Below, one piece after another: positions 1 through 13,906 of a DNA stretch of 64,000 bases. Both the position numbers and the translations under genes were made by a program. The notes below the pieces were generated by a model, which was given only the letters and a program-made list of their open reading frames with translations, was not told where the DNA came from and did no database searches. The stretch is from NCBI GenBank assembly GCA_965248355.1, contig OZ252098.1, positions 2,720,001 through 2,784,000 on the forward strand, written 5' to 3'. The stretch is from Candidatus Latescibacterota bacterium. Lineage in GTDB: Bacteria > Latescibacterota > UBA2968 > UBA8231. Position 1 is the first letter of the stretch; each line of letters opens with the position of its first letter.

Positions 1-53
1 CTTCCCGCTGGACGCTACAGGACGACCTGCGCATCTTTGGGAAGGCTTCCGCC

Positions 54-803
54 ATGCGAACGACCCCTTCTCTGAAACCGGTTCTCTGGCTTCTCCTGGC
101 CGCCGCCTGGGCCGCTGGGACGGGCTGCGCCTCCACCGCTCCGTCCGCCGCTCCGTCCGCCGAGGGCGCAGAGAACGCCGCCGAGCTGCGGGAGAAGCTG
201 GAGGCGATGGGCCGGGATCAGCAGGCTTCCGCCGACCGCGGGCAGGACCTGGCCGACCGCCTGCAGCGAGCCGAGGAAAGCCTCGCCGCCCTCCGGGACC
301 GCGTGGCCGCTCTGGAGAGTCCCGGCGCCCCCGGCATCCCGGTCGACGCCGGCTTGAGCCCGGCGCCCAGCCCCGCCGCCAGCGCCAGCCCCGAAGCGGG
401 CCCGGCTCCCGGCGCCGAAGGGTCGATGGACGTGGCCGCCGTCTACACCAGGTCCCGGGAGCAGCACAAGGAACGCCGCTTCGACGAGGCCGTCGCCGGA
501 TTCTCCGAGATCCTGGAGCGGGCGCCGGACAGCGACCTCGCCGACAACGCCCGCTACTGGATCGGCGAGGCCCGCTACCTGCAGCGCAGGTTCCGCCAGG
601 CCCTGGCCGAGTTCACCAAGGTGCACGCCTATCCCTACACCGAGAAGGCCGACGACGCCCAGCTGATGATCGCTCGGTCCTACCTGGCCCTCGGCGAGTC
701 CGACCAGGCCATGGCGGCCTTCCGCAAGCTCCTGCAGAACTACCCCGGCAGCGAGTACGTCGACGAGTCCCGCGAGGAGCTGCGCAAGCTGGAGGGGCCG
801 TGA
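54..803 (+). CDS. ybgF: Tol-Pal-associated TPR lipoprotein CpoB/YbgF
   Basis: Signal peptide with lipobox-like GC, coiled coil, C-terminal TPR with 'LADNARYWIGE' and 'KADDAQL...YPGS' typical of YbgF. Confidence 0.8.
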   Translation: MRTTPSLKPVLWLLLAAAWAAGTGCASTAPSAAPSAEGAENAAELREKLEAMGRDQQASADRGQDLADRLQRAEESLAALRDRVAALESPGAPGIPVDAGLSPAPSPAASASPEAGPAPGAEGSMDVAAVYTRSREQHKERRFDEAVAGFSEILERAPDSDLADNARYWIGEARYLQRRFRQALAEFTKVHAYPYTEKADDAQLMIARSYLALGESDQAMAAFRKLLQNYPGSEYVDESREELRKLEGP

Positions 804-1405
804 GCCCCGCCCCCCTTCGCTTTCTGGTGCTCACCGCGGTCCTCCTCCTCCCGGCCGGCCGGGCCGGGGCCCTGGGGCCGACCAATCTCGATCTCGTCTC
901 CCGGGCGGCATCGAGGGCCGTGCAGGAGGCGGTCTCCGGCCTCGACGCGGCCGGACAGGGCGAGGGGTTCGACAGGGTGGGCATCCAGCCCGCCGCCAGG
1001 CACGACGCCAACTGGCTCTTCGAGCATCTGCTCCTCCAGGAGTTGCTCACCCGGGGTCTGGCGGTGACCGTGGACACCTCCACGGCGGCGGCGCACCTGT
1101 CCTACCGCGTCATCGAGGTCGCCGTGAGCGGACGCTCGGCGCTGTTGAGCAACACCGTCACCCGCAGATGCCGCGTCGGAGTGCAGCTGGATCTCGATCT
1201 GGGCCAGGAGCGTCTGTGGTCCGGAGAGGGGCGGGCGCTGCTGAGGGACCGCATTCCGAAGGGCGAGTTGGAGGCGCTGCAGGATTCCCGCTTCGACTTC
1301 GCCGAGACCGAGCTGGAGAAGCGAACGTGGGGCAAGTACCTAGAACCCGTCATCGTCACCTCGGTCCTCGGATCCCTGATCTACCTCTTCTACTCGAATC
1401 GCTGA
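800..1405 (+). CDS. Hypothetical exported protein with C-terminal membrane helix
   Basis: GTGA overlap with upstream gene, signal peptide, hydrophobic C-terminus 'EPVIVTSVLGSLIYLFY', high-GC3 codon usage. Confidence 0.65.
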   Translation: MSPAPLRFLVLTAVLLLPAGRAGALGPTNLDLVSRAASRAVQEAVSGLDAAGQGEGFDRVGIQPAARHDANWLFEHLLLQELLTRGLAVTVDTSTAAAHLSYRVIEVAVSGRSALLSNTVTRRCRVGVQLDLDLGQERLWSGEGRALLRDRIPKGELEALQDSRFDFAETELEKRTWGKYLEPVIVTSVLGSLIYLFYSNR

Positions 1406-2151
1406 TGTCCTCTCCCGGGCGCGCCTGGTTCCTCGTCGCGGCGGTCCTGGCCGGGTGCGCCGGCAAGACGCCGCCGCAGCTGATGGGGGCCGACTTCTAC
1501 TACGAAGAGGGGATGAAGCACTTCGAGAAGGGCCGCCATCTGCGGGCCGTGGACAGCTTCCAGCGGGTGCTGAGCAACTACCCCGGTTACGCCGAGGTCG
1601 CCGAGGCCCAGTACTACCTGGCCGAGTCCTACTTCCAACTCGAGGAGTTCGTCAGCGCCGTCTTCGAGTACGAGCGTCTCGTCGACACCTATCCCTCCAG
1701 CCCGCGGCGCGTCGAGGCCGAGTACAAGATCGGCGAGTCCCACTTCGAGCAGAGCCGCCGCGCTGATCTCGACCAGGCGGAGACCTATCAGGCCCTGGCC
1801 GCGTACCGCCGGTTCATCGAGGACAACCCCGGCAGCCCGGTGGTGGCCGACGCCAGGGGGCGCATCGCCGAATGCCGGGAACGGCTGGCCGAGAAGGACT
1901 TCCTCGCCGCCCGCCTGTACCACCGCCAGGGGCATCTGGACGCGGCGAAGATGACCTACGAGCAGATGGTCCGCGCCTACCCGGACACCGACTGGTACTG
2001 GCACGGGCTGGCCCGCCTCGGCCGCATCCACAGCCGGCAGGGACGCCCCGACGAGGCGCAGGCCCTCTGGGAGGAGGTGCTCTCGGGCTCCGGGGACGAG
2101 GACCTCCTCGAGGACGTGCGCGGGTGGATGGACGAGCAGGACGCCGAGTGA
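1405..2151 (+). CDS. bamD: Outer membrane protein assembly factor BamD
   Basis: ATG at 1405 overlaps upstream TGA; lipobox LAGC; TPR repeats; 'DLDQAET..AL..Y.RFI...P.S' and 'RLAEKDF..ARLY' BamD motifs. Confidence 0.85.
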   Translation: MSSPGRAWFLVAAVLAGCAGKTPPQLMGADFYYEEGMKHFEKGRHLRAVDSFQRVLSNYPGYAEVAEAQYYLAESYFQLEEFVSAVFEYERLVDTYPSSPRRVEAEYKIGESHFEQSRRADLDQAETYQALAAYRRFIEDNPGSPVVADARGRIAECRERLAEKDFLAARLYHRQGHLDAAKMTYEQMVRAYPDTDWYWHGLARLGRIHSRQGRPDEAQALWEEVLSGSGDEDLLEDVRGWMDEQDAE

Positions 2152-2155
2152 GGCC

Positions 2156-2740
2156 GTGGCCGAGCGTCTCGGCATCCTCGGAGGCACCTTCGACCCCGTC
2201 CACTGCGGCCACCTCCTCCTGGCGCGCTACGTCCTGGAGGCCCTCGCCCTCGATCGGGTGCTCTTCGTGCCCGCCGCCGAGCCGCCCCACAAGAGCGAGG
2301 TCCCGACCCCTCCCGGGCACCGCTGGCGGATGGTCTGCGCGGCCGTGGAGGGCCACGACCGGCTGGAGGCCAGCGACCTCGAGCTGCGGCGCCCGGGGGT
2401 CTCGTACACCGTCGACACCCTGCGCCGGCTGCGCGACGAGCGCCCCCACGACGAGCGCTTCCTCATCATCGGCGCCGACAACGTGCCGGAGCTGGACGGC
2501 TGGCACGACCCGGAGGGCATTCTCGAGCTGGCCACGGTAGTCGCCGGCACCCGGGTCGAGTCGGAGGCGCTGCCCTCCGGCGCCTTCGCGGACCGGATCG
2601 ATCGCGTGGACACCCCCGTCTTCGACATCTCCTCCACCGAGATCCGGCGCCGGGTGCGCACCGGCCGGCCGGTGCGCTGCCTGGTGCCCGAGGCCGTGGA
2701 GCGCTACATCGCCGCTCACGGGCTCTACGGAGCCCCGTGA
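2156..2740 (+). CDS. nadD: Nicotinate-nucleotide adenylyltransferase
   Basis: GILGGTFDPVHCGH, PPHK, SYTVDTL, FLIIGAD, ISSTEIR motifs. Confidence 0.95.
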   Translation: MAERLGILGGTFDPVHCGHLLLARYVLEALALDRVLFVPAAEPPHKSEVPTPPGHRWRMVCAAVEGHDRLEASDLELRRPGVSYTVDTLRRLRDERPHDERFLIIGADNVPELDGWHDPEGILELATVVAGTRVESEALPSGAFADRIDRVDTPVFDISSTEIRRRVRTGRPVRCLVPEAVERYIAAHGLYGAP

Positions 2741-3909
2741 GCGCGTCCTTCTTCACCCACCTGGAGTGCACGCGCACCGGCGCGCGCTACGACCTCGACG
2801 GCCTGCACAACCTCTCCGTGGCCGGCGCCCCCCTCTTCGCGTGCTACGACCTGGCCGCCGCCCGCGGCGCCGTGAGCCGCGAGGAGGTGTCCGGGCGGGC
2901 GCCTTCCATGTGGCGCTACCGCGAGGTCATGCCCCTGCGCCCCGGGGACGAGATCGTCACCCTCGACGAGGGCTGGACGCCCCTGCGGAGGGCCCGGCGC
3001 CTGGGAGACTGGTGCGGCTTCCGCCGCCTGTGGGTCAAGGACGAGTCCGTCAACCCCACCGGGTCCTTCAAGGCCCGGGGCCTGTCCGCCGCGGTCACCG
3101 CCGCCGCCGCCCGGGGGGCCGTGAAGGTCGCCATCCCAACGGCAGGCAACGCCGGCGGCGCCCTGGCCGCCTACGCCGCCGTGGCCGGTCTGGAGTGCCA
3201 CGTCTTCATGCCGAGGGACACGCCCGCCGCCTTCCAGGTCGAGGTGAGCGCCTGCGGCGCCCGCCTGGAGCTGGTGGACGGCCTGATCACCGACTGCGGG
3301 CGGATCGTCGGCGAGCGCCGCCAGGCCGAGGGCTGGTTCGACATGTCCACCCTGAAGGAGCCCTACCGGGTGGAGGGCAAGAAGACCATGGGCTACGAGC
3401 TGGCCGAGCAGTTCGGCTGGAGCCTGCCCGACGTCATCGTCTACCCCACCGGCGGGGGCACCGGGCTCATCGGCATGTGGAAGGCCTTCGAGGAGCTGGA
3501 GCAGCTCGGCTGGATCGAGCCGGGCCGCCGGCCGAGCATGGTCTCGGTGCAGGCCGCCGGCTGCGCCCCCATCGTGCGCGCCTTCGAGGCCGGCCACGAG
3601 TCCGCCGAGCCCTGGACCGACGCCCGCACCATCGCCTCGGGCCTGCGCGTGCCCGGCGCCGTGGCCGACTTCCTCATGCTGCGGGCCCTGCGCGAGAGCG
3701 GCGGCACCGCGGTGGCCGTCACCGACGAGGAGCTGGTCGCCTCGAGCCGGGACCTGGCGCGGCACACGGGGATCTTCCCGGCCCCGGAGGGCGGCGCCAC
3801 CCTCGCCGCCCTGCTGGCCCTCAAGGAGCGCGGCTGGCTCGGCGGCGACGAGCGCGTGGTGCTTTTCAACACCGGGTCGGGGTACAAGTACCTGGAGGCG
3901 CTGTCTTGA
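2737..3909 (+). CDS. thrC: Threonine synthase (PLP-dependent)
   Basis: KDESVNPTGSFKARG PLP lysine motif, PTAGNAG, EGKKTMG, YPTGGGTG, FNTGSGYKY. Confidence 0.9.
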   Translation: MSASFFTHLECTRTGARYDLDGLHNLSVAGAPLFACYDLAAARGAVSREEVSGRAPSMWRYREVMPLRPGDEIVTLDEGWTPLRRARRLGDWCGFRRLWVKDESVNPTGSFKARGLSAAVTAAAARGAVKVAIPTAGNAGGALAAYAAVAGLECHVFMPRDTPAAFQVEVSACGARLELVDGLITDCGRIVGERRQAEGWFDMSTLKEPYRVEGKKTMGYELAEQFGWSLPDVIVYPTGGGTGLIGMWKAFEELEQLGWIEPGRRPSMVSVQAAGCAPIVRAFEAGHESAEPWTDARTIASGLRVPGAVADFLMLRALRESGGTAVAVTDEELVASSRDLARHTGIFPAPEGGATLAALLALKERGWLGGDERVVLFNTGSGYKYLEALS

Positions 3910-3949
3910 CGATGTAGGGGGCCGGCGTACCTTCTGAACTCCGGTCCGT

Positions 3950-4026
3950 GCACCTATAGCTCAATTGGATAGAGCATCTGACTACGGATCAGAAGGTTGG
4001 GGGTTCGAGTCCTCCTGGGTGCACCA
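3950..4026 (+). tRNA. tRNA-Arg (anticodon ACG)
   Basis: Cloverleaf: acceptor GCACCTA/TGGGTGC, D-arm, anticodon arm TCTGA-CTACGGA-TCAGA, T-loop GTTCGAGTC, encoded CCA. Confidence 0.97.
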
Positions 4027-4154
4027 AACAAAAAAACGCAATCGGCCTCCCTGACCGACGCCTCCCTGCTCCGCGCCTCCTCCGGCAACGCCGCCTCGAT
4101 CTCGACTTCGTCCTGCACGACTGACCAGCAGCCCCGCCCGATCCTCTCGGCACG

Positions 4155-7742
<3,588 letters not shown>

Positions 7743-7778
7743 GTGAGCGCACGCCAACATCTGGAGGGACATTCAATT

Positions 7779-8189
7779 ATGGAGCAGAAGCAAGAGCGCC
7801 CCAACGGGAAGGACAGTGCTGATCCAGAATTGACCGAGGCGCTCTACGATCTCAGAAACGTTTGGGATGAGGCGCGTGAGGAAGGCTTCCCAGTGCCCTC
7901 CGATACAGCACTTCAGAATGCAGAAGTCTTGTTGAAGGAAGTATATGGGATTTTTCCACGCCGGTTCGAGGTTTATCCCACGCCGGACGGCGAGATTGCC
8001 ATAGACGCCCCGGGGGGGCCCGGACGATCGGTTCTGTTGCTGTGCGGATCGGAAGGGGGTGCGCTGTGTCTGGTGAATATGAGCGGAGATCATCGGCGCG
8101 CCAGGTATTCTACCACCGAGACCCTCCCCGACGGCTTTGTGCGTGAGGCATTGGACGAACTGGAACCTGAGAGCGAACAGGCGCCGTGA
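7779..8189 (+). CDS. Small acidic hypothetical protein, candidate antitoxin/immunity partner
   Basis: ATG at 7779 after GGAGG; 'FEVYPTPDGEIAID' motif; translationally coupled to next gene. Confidence 0.6.
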   Translation: MEQKQERPNGKDSADPELTEALYDLRNVWDEAREEGFPVPSDTALQNAEVLLKEVYGIFPRRFEVYPTPDGEIAIDAPGGPGRSVLLLCGSEGGALCLVNMSGDHRRARYSTTETLPDGFVREALDELEPESEQAP

Positions 8190-8605
8190 AGGTCCCAAGG
8201 GAGATTGCGTCGGAGGAAGAGCTCGGGCGGGGGGTATTCTCCAGGCGGCATGCGGAGCGCGGGAAGCGCTCCAGAGCCCCACATCACATTTTCCTCGAAA
8301 AACCAGGGACAACCGATATTTCTGTCGACCGGCTCAGCGTCGCGCCGCAGGATGAGGCCGTTGCAATCGCTGAGGACGCAGCGGTGGCCCGTGACGCCAC
8401 CTTCTACGGATGGGCCTTGGTCTCCGCCGACGAGGCGGGCAGGAATGCGCGGCAGGTGATCTCCAGTCCGGTATGTTCCAATCCGTACCATGCTGATATC
8501 GTCCTGCCGGAGGCAACTGCCGAAGATCGGGAAGAACAGAAGCGCCACGCGCAAGAACTGGCAGATGCTTCACACTGGCGCAGCCGTCCGAATTCTCCAC
8601 GATGA
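8186..8605 (+). CDS. Hypothetical protein with ADP-ribosyltransferase-like motif pattern (candidate toxin)
   Basis: EELGRG...F...ISVDR...NPYHADI pattern; coupled to both neighbours (GTGA and ATGA overlaps). Confidence 0.5.
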   Translation: MKVPREIASEEELGRGVFSRRHAERGKRSRAPHHIFLEKPGTTDISVDRLSVAPQDEAVAIAEDAAVARDATFYGWALVSADEAGRNARQVISSPVCSNPYHADIVLPEATAEDREEQKRHAQELADASHWRSRPNSPR

Positions 8606-11600
8606 CCGTTGCCCGCAAGAAGCTCATCGAGGTAGCCCTGCCCCTCGACGCCATCAACGCCGCGTCGGCGCGGGAGAAGTCGATCCGCCACGGGCACCCG
8701 AGCACCCTGCACCTCTGGTGGGCTCGCCGGCCCCTGGCCGCGGCGCGGGCGGTGATCTTCTCCCAGATGGTGGACGATCCCTCGGCCTGCCCCGAGGAGT
8801 TCCCCACCGAGGAGGACCAGAAGCAGGAGCGCGAGCGGCTCTTCGCCCTCATCGAGAAACTGGTCCTCTGGGAGAACATCACCAACGAGGAGTTGCTGCA
8901 ACAGGCGCGGGCGGAGATCCACAGGAGCTGGCGCCGCACCTGCGCCGACAATGCCGGGCATCCACGTGTCGCCGAGCTGTTCGACCCGGACAGGCTGCCG
9001 GCCTTCCACGATCCCTTCGCAGGCGGCGGCGCCCTGCCGCTGGAGGCGCAGCGCCTGGGGCTGGAGGCCCATGCCAGCGACCTCAACCCGGTGGCGGTGC
9101 TGATCAACAAGGCGATGATCGAGATCCCGCCGAAGTTCGCCGGCCGGCCGCCGGTCAACCCGGAGGCGCGGCCCGGCGGGTCGTCGGCCAAGGCGTCCCT
9201 GATCGAGCGCGGCTGGACCGGCGCGCAGGGGCTCGCCGAGGACGTGCGCTACTACGGGCAGTGGATGCGCGACGAGGCGGAGCGGCGCATCGGACATCTG
9301 TATCCGCCCGTCGAGGTCACTGCGGAGATGGTGCGGGAGCGGCCCGACCTCAAGCAGTACCAGGGCCGCAAGCTGACGGTGATCGCCTGGCTGTGGGCGC
9401 GCACGGTGAAGAGCCCGAACCCGGCCTTCGCCGACATCGAGGTGCCGCTGGCCTCGACCTTCATGCTGTCGACGAAGCGGGGCAAGGAGGCGTACGTCGA
9501 GCCGGTGATCGAGGGGCGCGGGTACCGGTTCGCGGTGAAGGTGGGGGAGCCGCCGGATGCCGAGGCGGCAAAGGCGGGGACCAAGTTGGCACGGGGAGCG
9601 AACTTCCGTTGTCTGATGTCAGGTACACCGCTCACCGCGGGCTACATTCGGACAGAAGCACAGGCCGGGCGCATGGGCACACGGCTGATGGTGATCGTGG
9701 CAGAGGGGGATCGGGGACGTGTTTATCTCTCACCTGCCGACGGCCATGCGGCAATAGCAAGGACTGCTAAGCCGGAGTGGAAGCCTGACCTCAAAGTGAC
9801 GACGCCGTGCCATGATGTGGACCGGTTACCGATGTACGGGATGCCGACATGGGGCGACGCCTTCACCCCCCGCCAACTCGTTGCCCTGACCACCTTCTCC
9901 GACTTGGTCGCGGAAGCAATGGAGCGGGTCAAGCAGGATGCCGTCACCGGTGCGTCCAAGTATGATTGTCGCCCCCCTTACGGCGGCGAGGCCCGGTCTG
10001 CCAAGTCCGGCTCAGGAGCGGGTGCATTGGAACGAGGCGCGCCCGATACCGCCCGCATGTCCGACAATAGCCAGCCCCTGCGGGATGGGGATGCCGGAGT
10101 CCCTGACGACGGCATCCGCCTAACGGAAGGCGGCCTCGGCGCCACAGCATATGCCGATGCGGTGGGGGCGTATCTGGCGGTTGCGCTCAGTCGGCTAACC
10201 GACATATGCAACGCCCTCTGCCGATGGGAAATCACGAAAACGCAAGTGCGTAATCTCTTTGGCCGGCAAGCGATTCCAATGCTCTGGGACTTCGCTGAGA
10301 ACAACGTGTTTGGCAGCGTTGCGGGCGACTACATGGTGAGCCTCGGGAATATGGCGAAGGCCCTCGAAAAAATGCCCGCGTATGGAATTGGTGCTGTGGA
10401 CCAAGGCAGCGCTCAAACACAGGCCGTCAGCAGGGACAAACTGATCACTACGGATCCTCCATATTACGACAACATCGGCTACGCGGACCTGTCTGATTTC
10501 TTCTACGTCTGGCTGCGCCGCTCGCTCAGGCCAGTCTTCCCCTCCCTCTTTGCCACGCTTGCCGTACCGAAGGCCGAAGAACTGGTCGCAACGCCCTATC
10601 GACACGGTAGCAAGGAAGAAGCGGAGACCTTCTTTCTCGAGGGTATGACCCAAGCAATGCGCCGCCTCGCCGAACAGGCGCACGATGGCTTTCCCGTCTC
10701 CATTTACTACGCCTTCAAGCAGTCCGAGACCAAAGGTGACTCCGGGATTTCCAGCACCGGCTGGGAGACCTTCCTGGCCGCGGTGATCCAGTCAGGCTTT
10801 GCCGTCACTGGCACTTGGCCGATGCGCACTGAACTGGGCAACCGCATGGTTGGCATGGGCACCAACGCCCTCGCCTCCAGCATCGTCCTCGTCTGTCGCA
10901 ACCGCCCACAAGATGCGCCCCTGGCTACCCGCCGTGAGTTCGTCGGCGCCCTCAAGGCCGAGTTACCCTCGGCCCTCGCGCACCTGCAATCCGGCAACAT
11001 CGCCCCGGTCGATCTCGCACAGGCCGCCATCGGCCCGGGCATGGCGGTCTACACCCGCTACGCCAAGGTGCTCGACGCCCAAGGCAATCCAGTCTCCGTG
11101 CGGGACGGCTTGGCGCTGATCAACCAGACCCTCGACGAGGTCCTGACCGAGCAGGAAGGGGAGTTCGACGCCGACACCCGCTGGGCCCTGGCTTGGTTCG
11201 AGCAGCAGGGCTTCACCGCCGGGGAGTACGGCGTGGCCGAGACCCTGTCCACCGCAAAGAACACCAGCGTCGTCGGCATGGAGGAGGCGGGCATCTTGGA
11301 GTCGAAGGCCGGCGAGGTGCGGCTGCTCCGCCCCGAGGAGCTGCCCGAGGACTGGGACCCGACCGCGGACCGTAGGCTTCCCGTCTGGGAGGTCGTCCAC
11401 CACCTCGTGCGCGTCTTTGGAGTCCGGCGGCGAGACCGGAGCCGCGCGCCTCGTGAGACAACTCGGTGGCGTCGCCGACACCGCGCGCGAACTCGCCTAC
11501 CGCCTGTACACGGTCGCCGAGCGAAAGAACCGCGCCGCCGAAGCGCTGTCGTACAACGCCCTCGTCCGAAGCTGGCCGGAGATCGCTCGCTTGGCGCGAC

Positions 11601-11689
11601 AGGAGGCCCCCGCGGAGCAGGTCCGGCTGTTCGGCGATGGGGATGCTGAGGATGAGGATGAGGATGAGGATGAGGATGAGGCGGTATGA
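8602..11689 (+). CDS. DUF1156-domain adenine-specific DNA methyltransferase, with one frameshift near 11417
   Basis: [14 protein letters not shown] (DUF1156), DPFAGGG motif [10 protein letters not shown] motif IV; plausible C-terminus (ARELAYRLY...[11 protein letters not shown]) continues in another frame after the T-run at ~11416-11418. Confidence 0.85.
11642..11680 (+). repeat. GAGGAT hexamer microsatellite encoding an acidic EDEDEDEDE tail
   Basis: gatgctgaggatgaggatgaggatgaggatgaggatgag read directly. Confidence 0.85.
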
Positions 11690-11797
11690 GCATGTCCTGA
11701 ATGGGAAATTTCGATGATGCAGCGGATGGAAAGGGAAGAAGGAAGACGGTGTACGAAGCAGATGATGGAACTCACCCTCGAACCAAGGACTGACGCT

Positions 11798-13027
11798 ATG
11801 TCCCAACCAGAGAAGAAGAACCAACTCCATCTCCCGACCCTTTCTATTTCGGGCTTTCGGGGTATCAGGGCGCTTTCCATTGAGCGGTTGGGGCGGGTGA
11901 CTCTGCTGGCAGGCACGAATGGTGTCGGCAAGACGACCGTTCTGGATGCCGTGCAAGTGTACGCCAGCCGAGGTCGTCCCTCTGTAATCGGCGAATTACT
12001 GAAGAGCCGCCAAGAGATTTCGACGGCCATTAACGAAAAGGGAGAGCAGGAATTCGTCGCTGATCTTGTAGCACTCTTCAACGGCAGAAATGTCAAAGGG
12101 GAATCCTACATTTCGGTTGGACCGACACAGGAGACGAGCCAGCTCAGGATCGAGGAGACCCAATTGAGCGCGGACCAGACTTCGAAACTTGCAGGGAAGT
12201 CCATACCTGGGTCATCAGACTATACTCGAGCATTCAAGGTCAAATTTGCCCACACCGAACAGACCCTTCCGTGGGTGCTACCCACCTACGGTTCATCGGT
12301 GAGTCGAGGGATCAAAGATCAGAGTGGGAGCGCGTACCTTTACGCCCAGAGTCTGTTTGACGACGGTAAGTCCCCAAAGCGCATGAGATGTCAGCCCTTG
12401 GGTCCGGGTCTCCTAAGCAACGAGGAGATTACCAAATTGTGGGCTGGTATAGCTCTGACAGATGTTGAGGACCGGGCGGTCGATGCATTGAAGTGGATCG
12501 TCGGAAGTGAAGTGGACAGAGTGGCCGTCATTGACGAAGGTGCCCCAAAGAAAGAAGATCGTAGTAAGGGAGGATTGCAAAGAGTATGGGAGGCGGTAGT
12601 GGGTGACGTGCCCACTGACGAAGGCCATGGTCGGCGGGTGGCCATAAAGCTGCGAGGGCAGTCAGGCCGAATCCCCCTTAACAGCTTGGGTGACGGGGCA
12701 CTCCGTCTGTCAGGAATTACGTTGGCACTGGCGAACAATCAGGACGGCTTTCTGATCATCGATGAAGTCGAGAACGGTTTTCACCATTCGTTGCACCGCG
12801 AGTTCTGGCACATGGTCCTTAGTTCCGCGGAAGAAAACAACGTGCAAGTTCTGGCTACGACACACAGTTTCGACTGCATGCAGGGCTTCGCTCAGGCCTT
12901 AGGTGATTGTAGCGAGATCGAGGGGGCACTCGTGCGAATAGAGAAAGAGAATGGGGAACACCGGGCGGTCGAGTACTCGGAGCGCAATCTTCAGGCCGCC
13001 AGCGAGCATGGCATTGAGGTGAGATAG
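11798..13027 (+). CDS. ABC-type ATPase (AAA_15/AAA_21-like)
   Basis: GTNGVGKTT Walker A, LGDG signature, IIDEVENGFH Walker B/D-loop, ATTHS H-switch. Confidence 0.85.
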   Translation: MSQPEKKNQLHLPTLSISGFRGIRALSIERLGRVTLLAGTNGVGKTTVLDAVQVYASRGRPSVIGELLKSRQEISTAINEKGEQEFVADLVALFNGRNVKGESYISVGPTQETSQLRIEETQLSADQTSKLAGKSIPGSSDYTRAFKVKFAHTEQTLPWVLPTYGSSVSRGIKDQSGSAYLYAQSLFDDGKSPKRMRCQPLGPGLLSNEEITKLWAGIALTDVEDRAVDALKWIVGSEVDRVAVIDEGAPKKEDRSKGGLQRVWEAVVGDVPTDEGHGRRVAIKLRGQSGRIPLNSLGDGALRLSGITLALANNQDGFLIIDEVENGFHHSLHREFWHMVLSSAEENNVQVLATTHSFDCMQGFAQALGDCSEIEGALVRIEKENGEHRAVEYSERNLQAASEHGIEVR

Positions 13028-13029
13028 CT

Positions 13030-13667
13030 ATGGACGGCAAGGAGCGCGTACTTCTTGTGGAGGGGCAGGACGACAAGCATGTGGTATTGAACTATTGTAG
13101 GCGTCATGCGGGAATGCCAAAGTTCTGCATTTCGGAGAAGGAGGATGAGGCAGGTATGGGGGGGATAGATGTGCTTCTCGAAGATCTGGGCGCCGAGATC
13201 CTGGTTCCAGGCCGCAAGGCCATAGGTGTCCTCGTGGATGCAGACAGGGATCTGGCTGCCCGGTGGATGGCAGTCTCGCAGAGACTTCGTGAGGAGGGAA
13301 TTGAGGTGCCTGGAAGTCCAGAGCCCAGTGGTACTCTGATACAGGAAACTGGCAACAGCCCGCGCGTGGGTATCTGGCTTATGCCCGACAATAGTTCATC
13401 CGGTGAACTTGAGGATTTCGTCTCCGCGATGATCCCCGAGGACGACCCGATTTGGCCCTTGGCTGAAAGCTATGTCGATGGCATCCCAAAGGAACATCGG
13501 AAGTTCACAACAAAGAAGATTCGTCGGGCAAAGGTTCATGCCTGGTTGGCGACAAGAAGGAAACCCAAGCAAATGGGGGCGGCCATCGGCGCTGGGATTT
13601 GTGCGTACGAGGTTCACTCAGCGAGGGATTTGGCAATTGGCTGAAGCAACTATTCTCGTTGGAGTGA
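13030..13667 (+). CDS. DUF3226-like TOPRIM-fold protein, frameshift near 13595
   Basis: LLVEGQDD, VDAD, GIWLMPDN...GELEDF, KAKVHAWLA-type motif; one added G restores the end GDL...FGNWLKQLFSLE* at 13667. Confidence 0.75.
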
Positions 13668-13906
13668 CCGTGTGCACATCGAGCAGATTGAGAGCAAGAA
13701 CTACCGCTCGTATCAAGCAAACCCGCGTTCCGACCCCGCGGATGACTGTGGTTGTCGGAGCATGGCTTTGGAAGTCCACCGTGTGCGGCCTATTCTCCTT
13801 ACGTCATGGAGGGCCTAACGGAGACCGCCGACACCGCGGGCCGTTGCGACCTCCGGAAACTGTGAGCGCAGGGAAGAGGAGACCGATTAGAGTCCTTGGA
13901 GATAGA

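Noticed and set aside
13472..13906. N-terminal extension of the DUF6615-like ORF
   Set aside because: Overlaps the upstream gene and looks non-coding; GTG at 13907 has an RBS and begins the conserved region.
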